Of a DNA stretch of 64,000 nt, positions 37,901-50,900 are shown piece after piece. This DNA is from Paraspadella gotoi. Taxonomy: Eukaryota > Animalia > Chaetognatha. The notes under the pieces are model-generated. The model saw only the letters and a list, made by a program, of their open reading frames with translations. It had not been told where the DNA came from and did no database searches. How positions within the stretch are numbered: the stretch's first letter is position 1; every line of letters starts with the position of its first letter. Both the position numbers and the translations under genes were made by a program. The stretch covers positions 21,313,665-21,377,664 of the forward strand of contig CM119269.1 in assembly GCA_051294375.1 (NCBI GenBank), given 5' to 3'.

Positions 37901-39320
37901 ATCGATGAGTTGTGTTTCCGTTAGGATTTATTGTTTACTTCTATTTCTCCTGTGCTTATCTTCTGTTCCGTAGTGACTATAAACATCGATTTGTATTTGG
38001 TCTGTCGCTCAGAAAACATACTTGATACGTTAGTTTGTTATTATATTCATTGTTCAGATGAATTGGGGTCTTTATATCTTTAATCGCTAATAGCATGTGA
38101 TGAATATTGTAGAATATAAATAATGCAGTTTTGCTTATATTTTTTTATTGCTTTCTTGGTTTTTACGCTATACCTGTTGCCGAGAATTTCTATACCAGGC
38201 GGTAGATAATAAAATGAGGATAACATATTTAATAGGGATGGAACTCGTATCAGTATATTCGTTCCTGGGGAAAGTATTCCATGTATTTCGCGGTCATTAC
38301 AAGACCGTACTGGGAGCGGACCAAGACTCACAACAAAACTTCCAACTTGCTGGTTAACAGCAATTGAAATGTACGTTCATTGACCTGGAAATCTTATCAT
38401 CAGATTTCTGAGATCTCTCGCCGGTATACTTCTTAGCGATTTTCTCCGATGGCCACAGCTCGATGCGTTTTGTTAAGATATTTATTTCTCGACACAATGA
38501 TACCAGGTCCTCGTGCTTCAGCAAGCTCTTACGGAGACTACTGGACCTCGTCATCCTACCCGTTGAGTTTCCTTACCGTTTGTCGGACGAAGTAAATCCG
38601 TGCTCTTATCGGTGGAGGTACGTTATCTGCCTGCCTGGCATGACCCTAACCGCAAGCTGATACACCGTCGGAATTAATCACTCAGGTGCAGGGCATATGG
38701 ACCGGTTTTTTATGAGTACACGTGGTCAAAAGTGGTTTTCAGACTCTTTTTTACCTCGAAATGTAAGCACCTGTTTATCTTGATNNNNNNNNNNNNNNNN
38801 NNNNNNNNNCAAATATAGTTTATTCTAATTTTTGACCCACTTAATAAAGAAATTTTTCAAAAATAGTTATATTTCTTTTTACCAGCTTTTTATGACGAAT
38901 CCAAATCTGCAAAAAAATCTTAGAAAAAACTGTTTTGAAATTTTAACATTTATTGGTTTAGTACTAGTATAAATATGGCCTACTGCGTAAATTGTAAAAT
39001 TTATTATAAATTTTTTTATTATATAAATGTTCATTAGTATAATGTTGTTCGTTCCTTACTTTTAGAATTTTAATTAAAGTTAAATTTAGTAATTTTATTA
39101 CGCCTTAGTATACAACGTTCAAATAATTTAGCATGAGCATAGATTATAGTATTAAAATACTTTTTTGTCAAAAATTATTTTTTCTGAGGGTACTCGCCGA
39201 ATTAAAATTATTATATTACTATATAAAGAAAAAAAAATTTGAAATCTTAAAAGTTAAACAAGAAATATAATTACAGCATTTTACACACAAAAAAAAATAT
39301 ATTTTCCAAGTTCACTAACG

Positions 39321-39356
39321 CTGATGAAGGCTTGAAATGAAGCCGAAACATGTCTG
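39321..39356 (+). ncRNA. Minimal type I hammerhead in a ~120-bp insert (39282-39403)
   Basis: CTGATGA-AGGCTT-GAAATG-AAGCC-GAAAC-AT-GTC with palindromic ACATGT stem III; insert flanked by the 14-bp duplication TAATTACAGCATTT at 39268 and 39404. Confidence 0.8.
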
Positions 39357-40270
39357 TTTTGAATTAAATAAAATCGTTGTCAAAACTAAACTCAAACTGT
39401 CTCTAATTACAGCATTTAAAAATTCTTACGNNNNNNNNNNTAATTTTAATAAGAGTAGTGCAATGTATGATTCTGCCCAAGCTCTAAGTTTTTAAAAACA
39501 AAGCAATTTTGAAAATACTGTTAACTTTTTTAACAAAGAATGGGGAATTTTTTTCCTAAAGCAACCCATTTCAATTCCTAATCCCTTAACCTTTTTATTT
39601 TGAGCCACAAAAATTTTTTCTTCGCATGGTAGGTCACTTTCAATCAAGTAGGATTTCTGCAAAGAAACAAGATAACATGTGTTATATATATATATATAAA
39701 TATAATCTAAATTTAAATAAAAATCTTAAAAGTATAGTGATCTCGCCAGACGTTACTATCAAAGAAAATTAAAAAATCCAGAAAAAAACGAATGATTGAT
39801 GCAATAACAAATAATTGATGAAATAGTAATTGATTGATGTAATAGTAATTGATTGATGTTATAGTAATTAATTATTGATGCAATGATAACCAAATATTGA
39901 TGCGATGATAACCAAAGATTGATGCGATGATAATCATTCATTGATCTGTTAATAGTCATTCATTAATGCGATGATAGTCATTCATTGACGCAATGAGTCA
40001 TTCATTGTTAATAAATCAAACAAATGTATATAACTAATTTGCATATTTCAGCAAGTACAATATTCTAATTTGCATATTGCAGTAAATCATAATAACTTTT
40101 TTTGTAAAGAAAGACAAAATGTTACTTTACAATTGGAAATTGTTATAATTTTTTCTATTATAAGTTATAAAATTGTATATTTTTATTTTTATTAAAATTT
40201 AGATATAGCTTCTCATCTTTAGAAAGTTAACAAAAAGATCGCTTGAACAACATTTTATCGTAATTGTTTT

Positions 40271-40307
40271 TACATGTTTCGACTCTTATGTTTCGAGTCT
40301 TCATCAG
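40271..40307 (-). ncRNA. Minimal type I hammerhead
   Basis: Sense CTGATGA-AGACTC-GAAACATAA-GAGTC-GAAAC-AT-GTA; upstream (TC)n and CTCAATTCTTTGTT block shared with the 58801 copy. Confidence 0.8.
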
Positions 40308-40361
40308 CAAGTGAAAATAACAAAGTCAAAATATCTCAAACATCAGTTTTGGAGAGTGAGA

Positions 40362-40395
<34 letters not shown>

Positions 40396-41010
40396 AAGAG
40401 AGAGGGAGAGAGAAAGAGAGAAAGAGAGAAAAAGAAAGAGTATCTAACAAAGAATTGAGTAAAGGATAGTGGTCAGATGTGAGGACAGGTGAAAGTAAGG
40501 ACAGGGAAGAAGAGAGTAAGTAAATGTGAATTTGAAAAATTGGTGAAAGGAGAGAAAGAGAGAAACAAATCAATACATTAGACAATGTACTGATATACTG
40601 CAATATGTAATTAGAATATAGTATTATATATATTAATTTGCATATTTTGCATATAGCAGTAAATCATAATGAGAAAGAAATTAAAATATGATAATTGCAA
40701 AGATAAAGATAAAGATTTTAAAGATAAGAAGCCATATTTAAATTTTAAACTTACTAAGACAGCATACTTTTATAAAAATCCATTGTAATTTTTAGTTATT
40801 TTTATTTAAGAAAAAAGCGTGACGCCAATGATGACGACGACGCCGACGCCAACGACGTCATAAAGAAGCTGAACCGAACCAAAATCTAGCCAAGACGGGC
40901 TTAAGCCCGTCTTGCGAGATAAAAATGGTATTTCTAGTAATTGGACCTTTTTTAAAACCGACACAGAGCATTCGATAAGGTAACAAGTCAAACCAAACTC
41001 TATACATTAA

Positions 41011-41590
41011 GGCGTAGTGAAAGTTACATACAAAAATTCTAAACGTCATTTATGAACAACATACCATCAATGAAAATTAATTTGGTAAAAAAAATAATTT
41101 TATGTTTCTTAATTTTTGCAGTAGGCTATATTTATATATAGTACTATCCTTATAAAATGGAAAAAATTCAAAATAGGCTTTTCTTTATTTTGATTGCAGA
41201 TTTGAATTCCTCGTCAAAAGTTGATAAAAGTAAATATAAATCATTTTTAAAAATTCTTTCATTAAGTGGGTTAAAAATTAAAAAAACTATATTTAATATA
41301 TAAAAAATTAATTTTCAGCCCTAAATATAGCTTTTTTTAATTTTTGACCCACTTAATGAAGGAAGTTTTCAAAAAGAGTTATATTTCTTTCTATCAACTT
41401 TTTATGACGAATCCAAATCTGCAAAAAAAAATCTTAGAAAAAACTGTTTTTAAATTTTAACATTTATTGGATTAGTACTAATATAAATATGGCCTACTGC
41501 GTAAATTGTAAAATTTGTTATAATTTTTTTTATTACATAAATGTTCATTAGTATAATGTTGTTCGTTTCTCACTTTTAGAATTTTACACC
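41011..41590. mobile_element. Non-autonomous DNA transposon, Kolobok-like (fragments also at 27148-27420, 38810-39105, 42875-43025)
   Basis: TTAA|GGCGTAGT start; other copies end ACTACGCC|TTAG; several dispersed homologous copies. Confidence 0.5.
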
Positions 41591-41603
41591 TTACTATACA
41601 TCC

Positions 41604-41868
41604 TTGATTTGATTTTGATTTTGATTTGATTTTGATTTGATTTTGATTTGATTTTGATTCAATTTTGATTTGATTTTGATTTGATTTTGATTTGATTTTG
41701 ATTTGATTTTGATTTGATTTTGATTTGATTTTGATTTGATTTTGATTTGGTTTTGATTTTGATTTGATTTTGATTTGATTTTGATTTTGATTTGATTTTG
41801 ATTTGATTTTGATTTGGTTTTGGTTTTGATTTTGATTTGATTTTGATTTTGATTCGATTTTGATTTTA
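41604..41868 (+). repeat. (GATTT/GATTTT)n simple repeat (mirror at 52757-53020)
   Basis: Seen directly in the sequence. Confidence 0.95.
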
Positions 41869-41880
41869 TGATTCATTCAT

Positions 41881-44800
41881 TCACTCCTCACCTGTTTTTT
41901 GACAAATGAACTTCTTTTCTATCTGACAATTGGCGTCATCCCACCAACCCCGAGTCATATAGTTCATCTGGATGCATTCCTGTTGGCCGTCGGCGTTGTT
42001 GGGTTCTCCGGGAGCCCAGTTGAAATTGGCCCATGTTTCGTTGACTTGAGCTCCGTTGACGTATTTCCAGGGATAGACTTCCGAATCGTGAGGCATCGTG
42101 CGATTAATGCCGATCCAAACTTGGTCGCTAATGGCTGTGAGATTTAAATATAAAACAAAAAGCCATAATCCTGACGGGGCTGACGCCTCACATGTAATAT
42201 CTACACGGATTTCAAATGGGAGTGAAATGAAATGATCAAATACTGTGGCTAACTTATTTGTTATAGCAACTTCAGATTTTGGACCCAGGTAAAAAAAATC
42301 GCTGACACTTTTTAGTCGGATCTGCTTATTGCAGATTCCGACTCTATCATTCACACCCCAAAATCTTGTCGGTAAATAATTTTTATCATATCAGAATATC
42401 GAATTATGATAAATTATGTCCGTCCGTCTGTCCAACCTTTTCATTAAACTCCAATTACTCGTGATTGGGTGGATAGATTGGAATAAAATTTTGTGTGTAG
42501 GTAGGAAAGTGTGTGATTGAGCTGGATAAAAAGTTTCGATGGAGTGGATAACAGTTTTTTTTTAAGTTTCCCTCTATCTTTCTCTCTCTGATCGATTGAT
42601 TGATTTATTGACTAAATTATGCAAGTTGACCAAATTTTGCCAGTTGACCAAATTATATCAGTTGACCAATTTATGCCAGTTGACCAAATTATGCCAGATG
42701 ACCAAATAATACATTATGCAAGTTGACTAAATTAGATACATCAATTGATTTATAGATTTTTAATAGTTTTATTAAGTCTTTTATGATTTGTTATGATCTG
42801 TTAAGATCACAAATTAAAAGTCAGAAAATATTACTGTGATTTATCATCGGATTAGCTTATTATTGCTTAAAAATTAATTTTATGTTTTTTAATTTTTGCA
42901 GTAGGCTATATTTATATATATATACTATATATATTAATTAATATATATTATATAATATATATATATTTATATATACTATCCTTATAAAATCAAAAAATTT
43001 CAATTTAGAAATTTTACTACGCCTTAGTGCTCATCAATGGCTTCGTCAAAATTTTAAAAAAAATATATTTGAAAAGGACCTTCCTGTTATAAGATATATT
43101 TTCACGACAAAAAAATTAAATGTTTGAAAACAATAGTTCATCTTAAAAATATAAATATTGGAGTATGTGTCTGAACAATCTGATTGTCAAAAACTTTTTC
43201 ACAACCACAATGACACCTATTTTAATTTTCTAATTTTTCTTGTTAAAACATAGAAAATAAAAATGTCAGCATTAAAAAAATTGCAAAAGGATGATATGGA
43301 AAAAGCCTGTTGCTTTTTTAATCCTTGAAATTGATTAATAATAAATGTTTGCATGCTCCCAAGAGCCAGGAAATTATACTAAATAATAAATGTAAAAGAA
43401 ATTAAATTATTTGTCTCAATTTTGTTCACAATGAGTATAAAATTGAATTATTAAATAAAAGGAAAAAATATTGAAAAAAAAAGTTGCTGGAAGGCAAGCG
43501 CACCAGTTGCTATGATATAATGTATTATCAATTTGCTTTATAGGAACATAAACGTCAGGGACTTTTCAAACTAATGAAATAAACAAATTTTAATCACATT
43601 CAGTCAGTTAAGAATTATAACAACTCTTGTTATTTCACTCCCATTTGAAATCCGTATGATTCTTGAATTGGAAAAAGATACTAATCCTAATGTCTAATAA
43701 ATTTGTACCAGGAAAATGCTCTTACTCCCTAACCTAATCCTTATTACTTAAACCTTGATGAGATGAGAAAAAGTCCTAACCTTAATTCCTAACATAATCC
43801 CACATTTCTTAATTAAAGCATAAAAAATGCGACAACTTTTATCCTTAATGTAATTTCTTTTCCCTAAAGGGCAACAGGGAGAAAGGCCCTTGTATTGACG
43901 TAATATCACTACCCGCTGGATACGACAGTGTCTTCTATCAGCGCTATCTTTGAACCGGGTCCCGGGCTCTACCCCCCTTGCAAAAGAGTGACCGGCCGGT
44001 AAAACCACTGGAAGCACGCCTACCGCCGATCAAGCGTAGAGTCACTTTACAATGAATACAGTGAATCAGTACATTATAAAAAATGCATTTACTGTACTCG
44101 TTAGATGCAAAGGTTCTTAAGGTTTTATATATATTTATTTTTTAAATCAAACTATTATTTTACATTTTATTAGCATTCAAAGCAGGGATGTGGAGCCGAC
44201 CTAATTTTGTCTCGGCTCCAGCTCTGGCTCCAGCTCCAGGCCAAATTTTTTTTAGCTCCAGCTCCTGCTCCGGCTCCAAGCAAAATTTTTTTTCGGCTCC
44301 AGCTCCGGCTCCAACAAAAATTTAAACTCGGCTCCGGCTCCAACTCCGGCTCCATTACTATATATATAATTAAAATTTTAGAAATTAAATATTTATAATA
44401 TATTCTTTGTGATATAAATCCTTTCTTTTCGTTGTTTGGGACGATTAGAAACAGTTTGAGTTTAATTTTGACAACGATTTTATTTTAATTAAAAATATAA
44501 TGAAAGGCGGTAGTTAAAGGAAAAGCTTGTGGCTGAAGTTAAGACATGGGGATAAATACATCACGTTGCTTATGATATAATGTATTACAATTTGCTTTAT
44601 AGGAACATAAACGTCAGGGACTTTTCAAACTAATGAAATAAACAAATTTTAATCACATTCAGTCAGTTAAGAATTATAACAACTCTTGTTATTTCACTCC
44701 CATTTGAAATCCGTATGATTCTTGAATTGGAAAAAGATACTAATCCTAATGTCTAATAAATTTGTACCAGGAAAATGCTCTTACTCCCTAACCTAATCCT

Positions 44801-47800
44801 TATTACTTAAACCTTGATGAGATGAGAAAAGTCCTAACCTTAATTCCTAACATAATCCCACATTTCTTAATTAAAGCATAAAAAATGCGACAACTTTTAT
44901 CCTTAATGTAATTTCTTTTCCCTAAAGGGCAACAGGGAGAAAGGCCCTTGTATTGACGTAATATCACTACCCGCTGGATACGACAGTGTCTTCTATCAGC
45001 GCTATCTTTGAACCGGGTCCCGGGCTCTACCCCCTTGCAAAAGAGTGACCGGCCGGTAAAACCACTGGAAGCACGCCTACCGCCGATCAAGCGTAGAGTC
45101 ACTTTACAATGAATACAGTGAATCAGTACATTATAAAAATGCATTTACTGTACTCGTTAGATGCAGAGGTTCTTAAGGTTTTATATATATTTATTTTTTA
45201 AATCAAACTATTATTTTACATTTTATTAGCATTCAAGCAGGGATGTGGAGCCGACCTAATTTTGTCTCGGCTCCAGCTCCGGCTCAGCTCCAGGCCAAAT
45301 TTTTTTCCGGCTCCAGCTCCGCTCGCGCTCCAAGCAAAATTTTTTTTTCGGCTCCAGCTCCGGCTCCAGCAAAAATTTCAACTCGGCTCCGGCTCCAACT
45401 CCGGCTCCATTACTATATATATAATTAAAATTTTAGAAATTAAATATTTAATAATATATTCTTTCTTTCTTTTGTTGTTTGGGACGCATTAGATAACAGT
45501 NNNNNNNNNNNNNNNNNNNNNNNNNTTGAGTTTAATTTTGACAACGATTTTATTTTAATGAAAAAAAAAATCTAAAAATATAATGAAAGGCGGGAGTTAA
45601 AGGAAAAGCTCGTGGCTGAAGTTAAGACATGGGGATAAATACATCACCTGCGGGATCTTCCCTCAAAACTAAAGGCTAACCCAAGTCTGCCGTACATCTC
45701 CATGCCTTTCCCCAACCCTAACCCAGGCCGAGGCCTCCCATACATTTCCATGCCTCAACCCTAACCACCTTTTATGCGCCAACTGTGAGCTTTCCTAACA
45801 TTAACCCTTACCCGGGCCTCTTTTTCAACTTCTTTCCTCTCCCTTAATCCTAACCCAAGCCCTGGCCTCCAGTACATCTCTGTGTCTCAACCCAACCCTA
45901 ACTGCCTTCGATGCATCAACCATGGGCTTTTCCCCTAACCCGAGCCTTCCTTTCAACTCTATACTTTTCTAACCCGGGCCCGAGCTTTCCATATATCTCT
46001 GTGCCTTAACCCTAACCCTAACCGCCTTTGATGCATCAAAAGTAAGCCTCTCCCCCTACCCTAACCCTGGCCTCCCATTCAACTCTATGCCTCTCGCCTG
46101 AAATAGAAACGAATAAATGAACAATCAATAATCATAATAATGAGAACGGAAACGTTTATTGATAAGAGTCTCTAATGAGTTCAAAAGAGTCTTTGGTGGA
46201 TCCGCGAAAGTCCTCGGTGATTCGCAACAGTTTCGCTCCTACATTTGTAAAGTTACATTACGCTTGAGAAACTCTGTACCTACCTACTGATCTACCTAAC
46301 ATTAAGCTTTCACCACAAACCCAAATTTTTGACCCAATCCATAACTAACTCCCCCTAAATCCAATTTAACCATAAACCTTGGTACAATTTTAAACCCTAA
46401 AGCAGAAATTGGGTGTTTTTGAAAAATACAGCCAAGCAATCTCACTGTGATTCCTTATAAAGTCCTCCACGTTGATTCTTGCTGCCGTACTGTCGATGAC
46501 GACCAATGTTGATCCAATCGAACGACAAATTGTGTAAGCGTCGATCCAGGGTTTCTCATCTTCATAATAAAAATATTCAACTGACAAGAGAGGGTAAGAT
46601 GATAAGGGAGCTAAATATAATGAATCTACTATACTGAAAGAAGAAATTAAAGACCGCGATTAAAAAAAAAAAAAAAATTTGTCAAAAAAATAAAATTACT
46701 ACTGAGACAGAACGTTAGGCGTTAGCAAAAAATTTGAATAAGTTGCTTGATAAAAAAAATATTTTTTTAATTAAATTGATTTTTTAACAAAATATCTGTT
46801 TTAGATCAGTACTACAAGTACAAGTTCAAAAGTTGTGGTATCAGATTTTTTTATTTTACCAAAATTAATTCTAAATCAAAATTAGGATGAAAAAAAAAAA
46901 GTTCACCTGAAAGATTTCCCCCATTGATGATAAATATGTCATTTACGGACGCAAAATTGTCAACATTGTTGTCGCTGTTCTCCATTAAAAAACCTGCCTG
47001 ACCTTCGTGAAGTTGTTGCATGGCATTCTTTATTATCTCTAAAAAATACAAATAAATAATACTTTTGGATTATAATAATAAGATTAATTTTAAAAATTAT
47101 TTTCAATTTTCATATTCTCTAACAGTCACTTAACCATTATTTATTTGAGAGAACTTCTAGTTTTCAACCTGTTCCGGCTAATGATTACCTCGGATATTAA
47201 AATTACTATTAAAAAAAAATTGTTATTTTCATAAAGAATAAAATACTGTAAAATTAATTAATTTTAACTTTTTGATTATTATCTATTCTCTACCGCTTAC
47301 CAATCTTTTTTCTATCTTCTAGAGATGTCTTGTTTTCTGGATTTTGCGTCAAACTTTCAGCTTCCAACATATTTTCAGCGTAAAATTCTTGTCTGAGCAA
47401 AAATGAAACAAAGTTTGTTTTTTTTTCAATCTACATCTTGTCATAAATTAAATAATGAAGAGACAGTAATTATAGAACCATTAAATATAAGCAGTCCCTG
47501 AGCTTCGGATCAGGCGGTAACACAATGTTACAGGCGGGTTAAGCGCCCCGTCCCTCTTAACTGCGAGGCGGCCACCTGGCTAGAACCCCGGACCTTTGGG
47601 TTGGGAGGCGAATGACTTGCCTCAGGCACCAATGGCCGATGAGGAACGCTTGGTGGATTTTAGTCCACCATAATATCATAAATATAACAATAAATAAACA
47701 ATTAAACATCTATGTTTGTACTCACAAATTTGAGTGGGACTGATTTTGAATAATTTGACTCAAGCGATCAGCCAACTCCAAGTTCTGTATAGAATGCAAT

Positions 47801-47819
47801 AGGGCTACCACGAGAGTAA
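41881..47819 (-). CDS. C-type lectin domain protein (EPN/WDD, mannose-type motif), 5' end cut off at the palindrome centre
   Basis: In-phase GT-AG exons 47819-47726 (..TLVVALLHS.. partial signal peptide), 47392-47301, 47038-46907, 46580-46446 (KPWIDAYTICRSIGSTLVVIDS), 42134-41892/41881 (VWIGIN..WAPGEPNNADGQQECIQM..WWDDANCQIEKKFICQ). Confidence 0.88.
43891..44073 (+). mobile_element. Short TG...CA element with tRNA-like segment and structured GC core (copies at ~44949-45130 and mirror ~50580-50763)
   Basis: Termini TGTATTGA/TCAGTACA form an 8-bp imperfect inverted repeat; CTTTGAACC..GGTCCCGGGCTCTACCCC resembles a tRNA anticodon/T arm; no matching TSD. Confidence 0.4.
44183..44353 (+). mobile_element. 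hAT-like terminus with GGCTCC subterminal repeats (copy at ~45238)
   Basis: CAGGGATGTGGAGCCG start followed by tandem GGCTCCA/GGCTCCG; only one end seen. Confidence 0.5.
47456..47672 (-). mobile_element. Solo-LTR-like element, family A copy (twister core 47491-47564)
   Basis: Sense TATGGTGGACTAAAATCCACCA...CTGTCTCTTCA; flanks ATAA/ATAT (1-mismatch TSD); in a lectin intron, same strand as the gene. Mirror copy at 48078-48294. Confidence 0.75.
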
Positions 47820-47929
47820 ACTTTAAAAGAAGAGAATGTTTTTGAGAGATGTAAATTACACATCAATTCGTTTGATTAAAGAAAGACACTTTCGTTCTAA
47901 TGTAATTTACATTACGCACATAGGTGGTG

Positions 47930-50900
47930 TTACTCTCGTGGTAGCCCTATTGCATTTCTATACAGAACTTGGAGTTGGCTGATCGCTTGAGTCAAATTAT
48001 TCAAAATCAGTCCCACTCAAATTTGTGAGTACAAACATAGATGTTTAATTGTTTATTTATTGTTATATTTATGATATTATGGTGGACTAAAATCCACCAA
48101 GCGTTCCTCCATCGGCCATTGGTCGCTGAGGCAAGTCATTCGCCTCCCAACCCAAAGGTCCGGGTTCTAGCCAGGTGGCCGCCTCGCAGTTAAGAGGGAC
48201 GGGGCGCTTAACCCGCCTGTAACATTGTGTTACCGCCTGATCCGAAGCTCAGGGACTTGCTATATTTAATGGTTCTATAATTACTGTCTCTTCATTATTT
48301 AATTTATGACAAAGATGTAGATTGAAAAAAAAAAAACTTGTTTCATTTTTGCTCAGACAAGAATTTTACGCTGAAAATATGTTGGAAGCTGAAAGTTTGA
48401 GCAAAATCCAGAAAACAAGACATCTCTAGAAGATAGAAAAAAGATTGGTAAGCGGTAGAGAATAGATAATAATCAAAAAAGTTAAAATTAATTAATTTTA
48501 CAGTATTTTATTCTTTATGAAAATAAACAATTTTTTTTTAATAGTAATTTTAAATCCGAGGTAATCATTAGCCGGAACAGGTTGAAAACTAGAAGTTCTC
48601 TCAAATAAATAATGGTTAAGTACTGTTAGAGAATATGAAAATGAAAATAATTTTTAAAATTAATCTTATTATTATAATCCAAAAGTATTATTTATTTGTA
48701 TTTTTTAGAGATAATAAAAGAATGCCATGCAAACAACTTCACGAAGGTCAGGCAGGTTTTTTAATGGAGAACAGCGACAAACAATGTTGACAATTTTGCG
48801 TCCGTAAATGACATATTTATCATCAATGGGGGAAATCTTTCAGGTGAACTTTTTTTTTTCATCCTAATTTTGATTTTAGATTTAAGTTTGTAAAATAAAA
48901 AAATCTGATACCACAACTTTTGACTTGTACTTGTAGTACTGATCTAAAACAGATATTTTGTTAAAAAATCAATTTAATTAAAAAAATATTTTTTTTATCA
49001 AGCAACTTATTCAAGTTTTTTGCTAAACGCCTAACGTTCTGTCTCAGTTAGTAATTTTTATTTTTTTGACAAATTTTTTTTTTTTTAATCGCGGTCTTTA
49101 ATTTCTTCTTTCAGTATAGTAGATTCATATAATTTAGCTCCCTTATCATCTTAACCTCTCTTGTCAGTTGAATATTTTTATTATGAAGATGAGAAACCCT
49201 GGATCGACGCTTACACAATTTGTCGTTCGATTGGATCAACATTGGTCGTCATCGACAGTACGCAGCAAGAATCAACGTGGAGGACTTTATAAGGAATCAC
49301 AGTGAGATTGCTTGGCTTGTATTTTTCAAAAACACCCAATTTCTGCTTTAGGGTTTAAAATTGTACCAAGGTTTATGCGTAAATTGGATTTAGGGGGAGT
49401 TAGTTATGGATTGGGTCAAAAATTTGGGTTTGTGGTGAAAGCTTAATGTTAGGTAGATCAGTAGGTAGGTACAGAGTTTCTCAAGCGTATGTAACTTTAC
49501 AAATGTAGGAGGAGAGCGAAACTGTTGCAGATCACCGAGGACTTTCGCGGATCCACAAAGACTCTTTTGAACTCATTAGAGACTTCTTATCAATAAACGT
49601 TTCCGTTCTCATTATTATGATTATTGATTGTTCATTTATTCGTTTCTATTTCAGGCGAGAGGCATAGAGTTGAATGGGAGGCCAGGGTTAGAGGTAGGGG
49701 GAGAGGCTTACTTTTTGATGCATCAAAGCGGTTAGGGTTAGGGTTAAGGCACAGAGATATATGGAAAGCTCGGGCCCAGTAAAGTTAGAGAAAAGAAGGC
49801 TCGGGTTAGGGAAAAGCCCATGGTTGATGCATCGAAGGCAGTTAGGGTTGGGTTGAGACACAGAGATGTTATGGAGCCAGGGCTTGGGTTAGGATTAAGG
49901 GAGAGGAAAGAAGTTGAAAAAGAGGCCCGGGTAAGGGTTAATGTTAGGAAAGCTACAGTTGGCGCATAAAAGGTGGTTAGGGTTTGAGGCATGGAAATGT
50001 ATGGGAGGCCCTCGGCCTGGGTTAGGTTGGGAAAGGCATGGAGATGTACGGCAGACTTGGGTAGCCTTTAGTTTTGAGGGAAGATCCCGCAGGTGATGTA
50101 TTTATCCCCATGTCTTAACTTCAGCCACGAGCTTTTCCTTTAACTCCCGCCTTTCATTATATTTTTGATTTTTTTTTTCATTAAAATAAAATCGTTGTCA
50201 AAATTAAACTCAAACTGTTTCTAATCGTCCCAAACAACGAAAAGAAAGAAAGAATATATTATTAATATTTTAATTTCTAAAATTTTAAATTATATTATAG
50301 TAATGGAGCCGGAGTTGGAGCCGGAGCCGAGTTGAAATTTTGCTGGAGCCGGAGCTGGAGCCGAAAAAAAATTTTGCTTGGAGCCGGAAAGCTGGAGCCG
50401 GAAAAAATTTGGCCTGGAGCTGGAAGCGGAGCTTGGAGCCGAGACAAAATTAGGTCGGCTCCACATCCCTGCTTGAATGCTAATAAAATGTAAAATAATA
50501 TAGTTGATTTAAAAAATAAATATATATAAAACCTTAAGAACCTTTGCATCTAACGAGTACAGTAAATGCATTTTTATAATGTACTGATTCACTGTATTCA
50601 TTGTAAAGTGACTCTACGCTTGATCGGCGGTAGGGCGTGCTTCCAGTGGTTTTACCGGCCGGTCACCTCTTTGCAAGGGGGGTAGGAGCCCGGGACCCGG
50701 TTCAAAGATAGCGCTGATAGAAGACACTGTCGTATCCAGCGGTAGTGATATTACGTCAATACAAGGGCCTTTCTCCCTGTTGCCCTTTAGGGAAAAGAAA
50801 TTACATAAGGATAAAAGTTGTCGCATTTTTTATGCTTTAATTAAGAAATGTGGGATTATGTTAGGAATTAAGGTTAGGACTTTTTTCTCATCTTCATCAG

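Larger units (their letters stand above)
43506..45650. repeat. ~1.06-kb tandem duplication, present only in the left palindrome arm
   Basis: Units start at ~43506 and ~44566 (GTTGCT(T)ATGATATAATGTATT); the right arm has a single copy. Confidence 0.85.

Noticed and set aside
45700-46070. CCCTAA/TTAGGG-rich tracts (also 59080-59240) as telomere
   Set aside because: Scattered degenerate motifs inside introns, not a tandem array.
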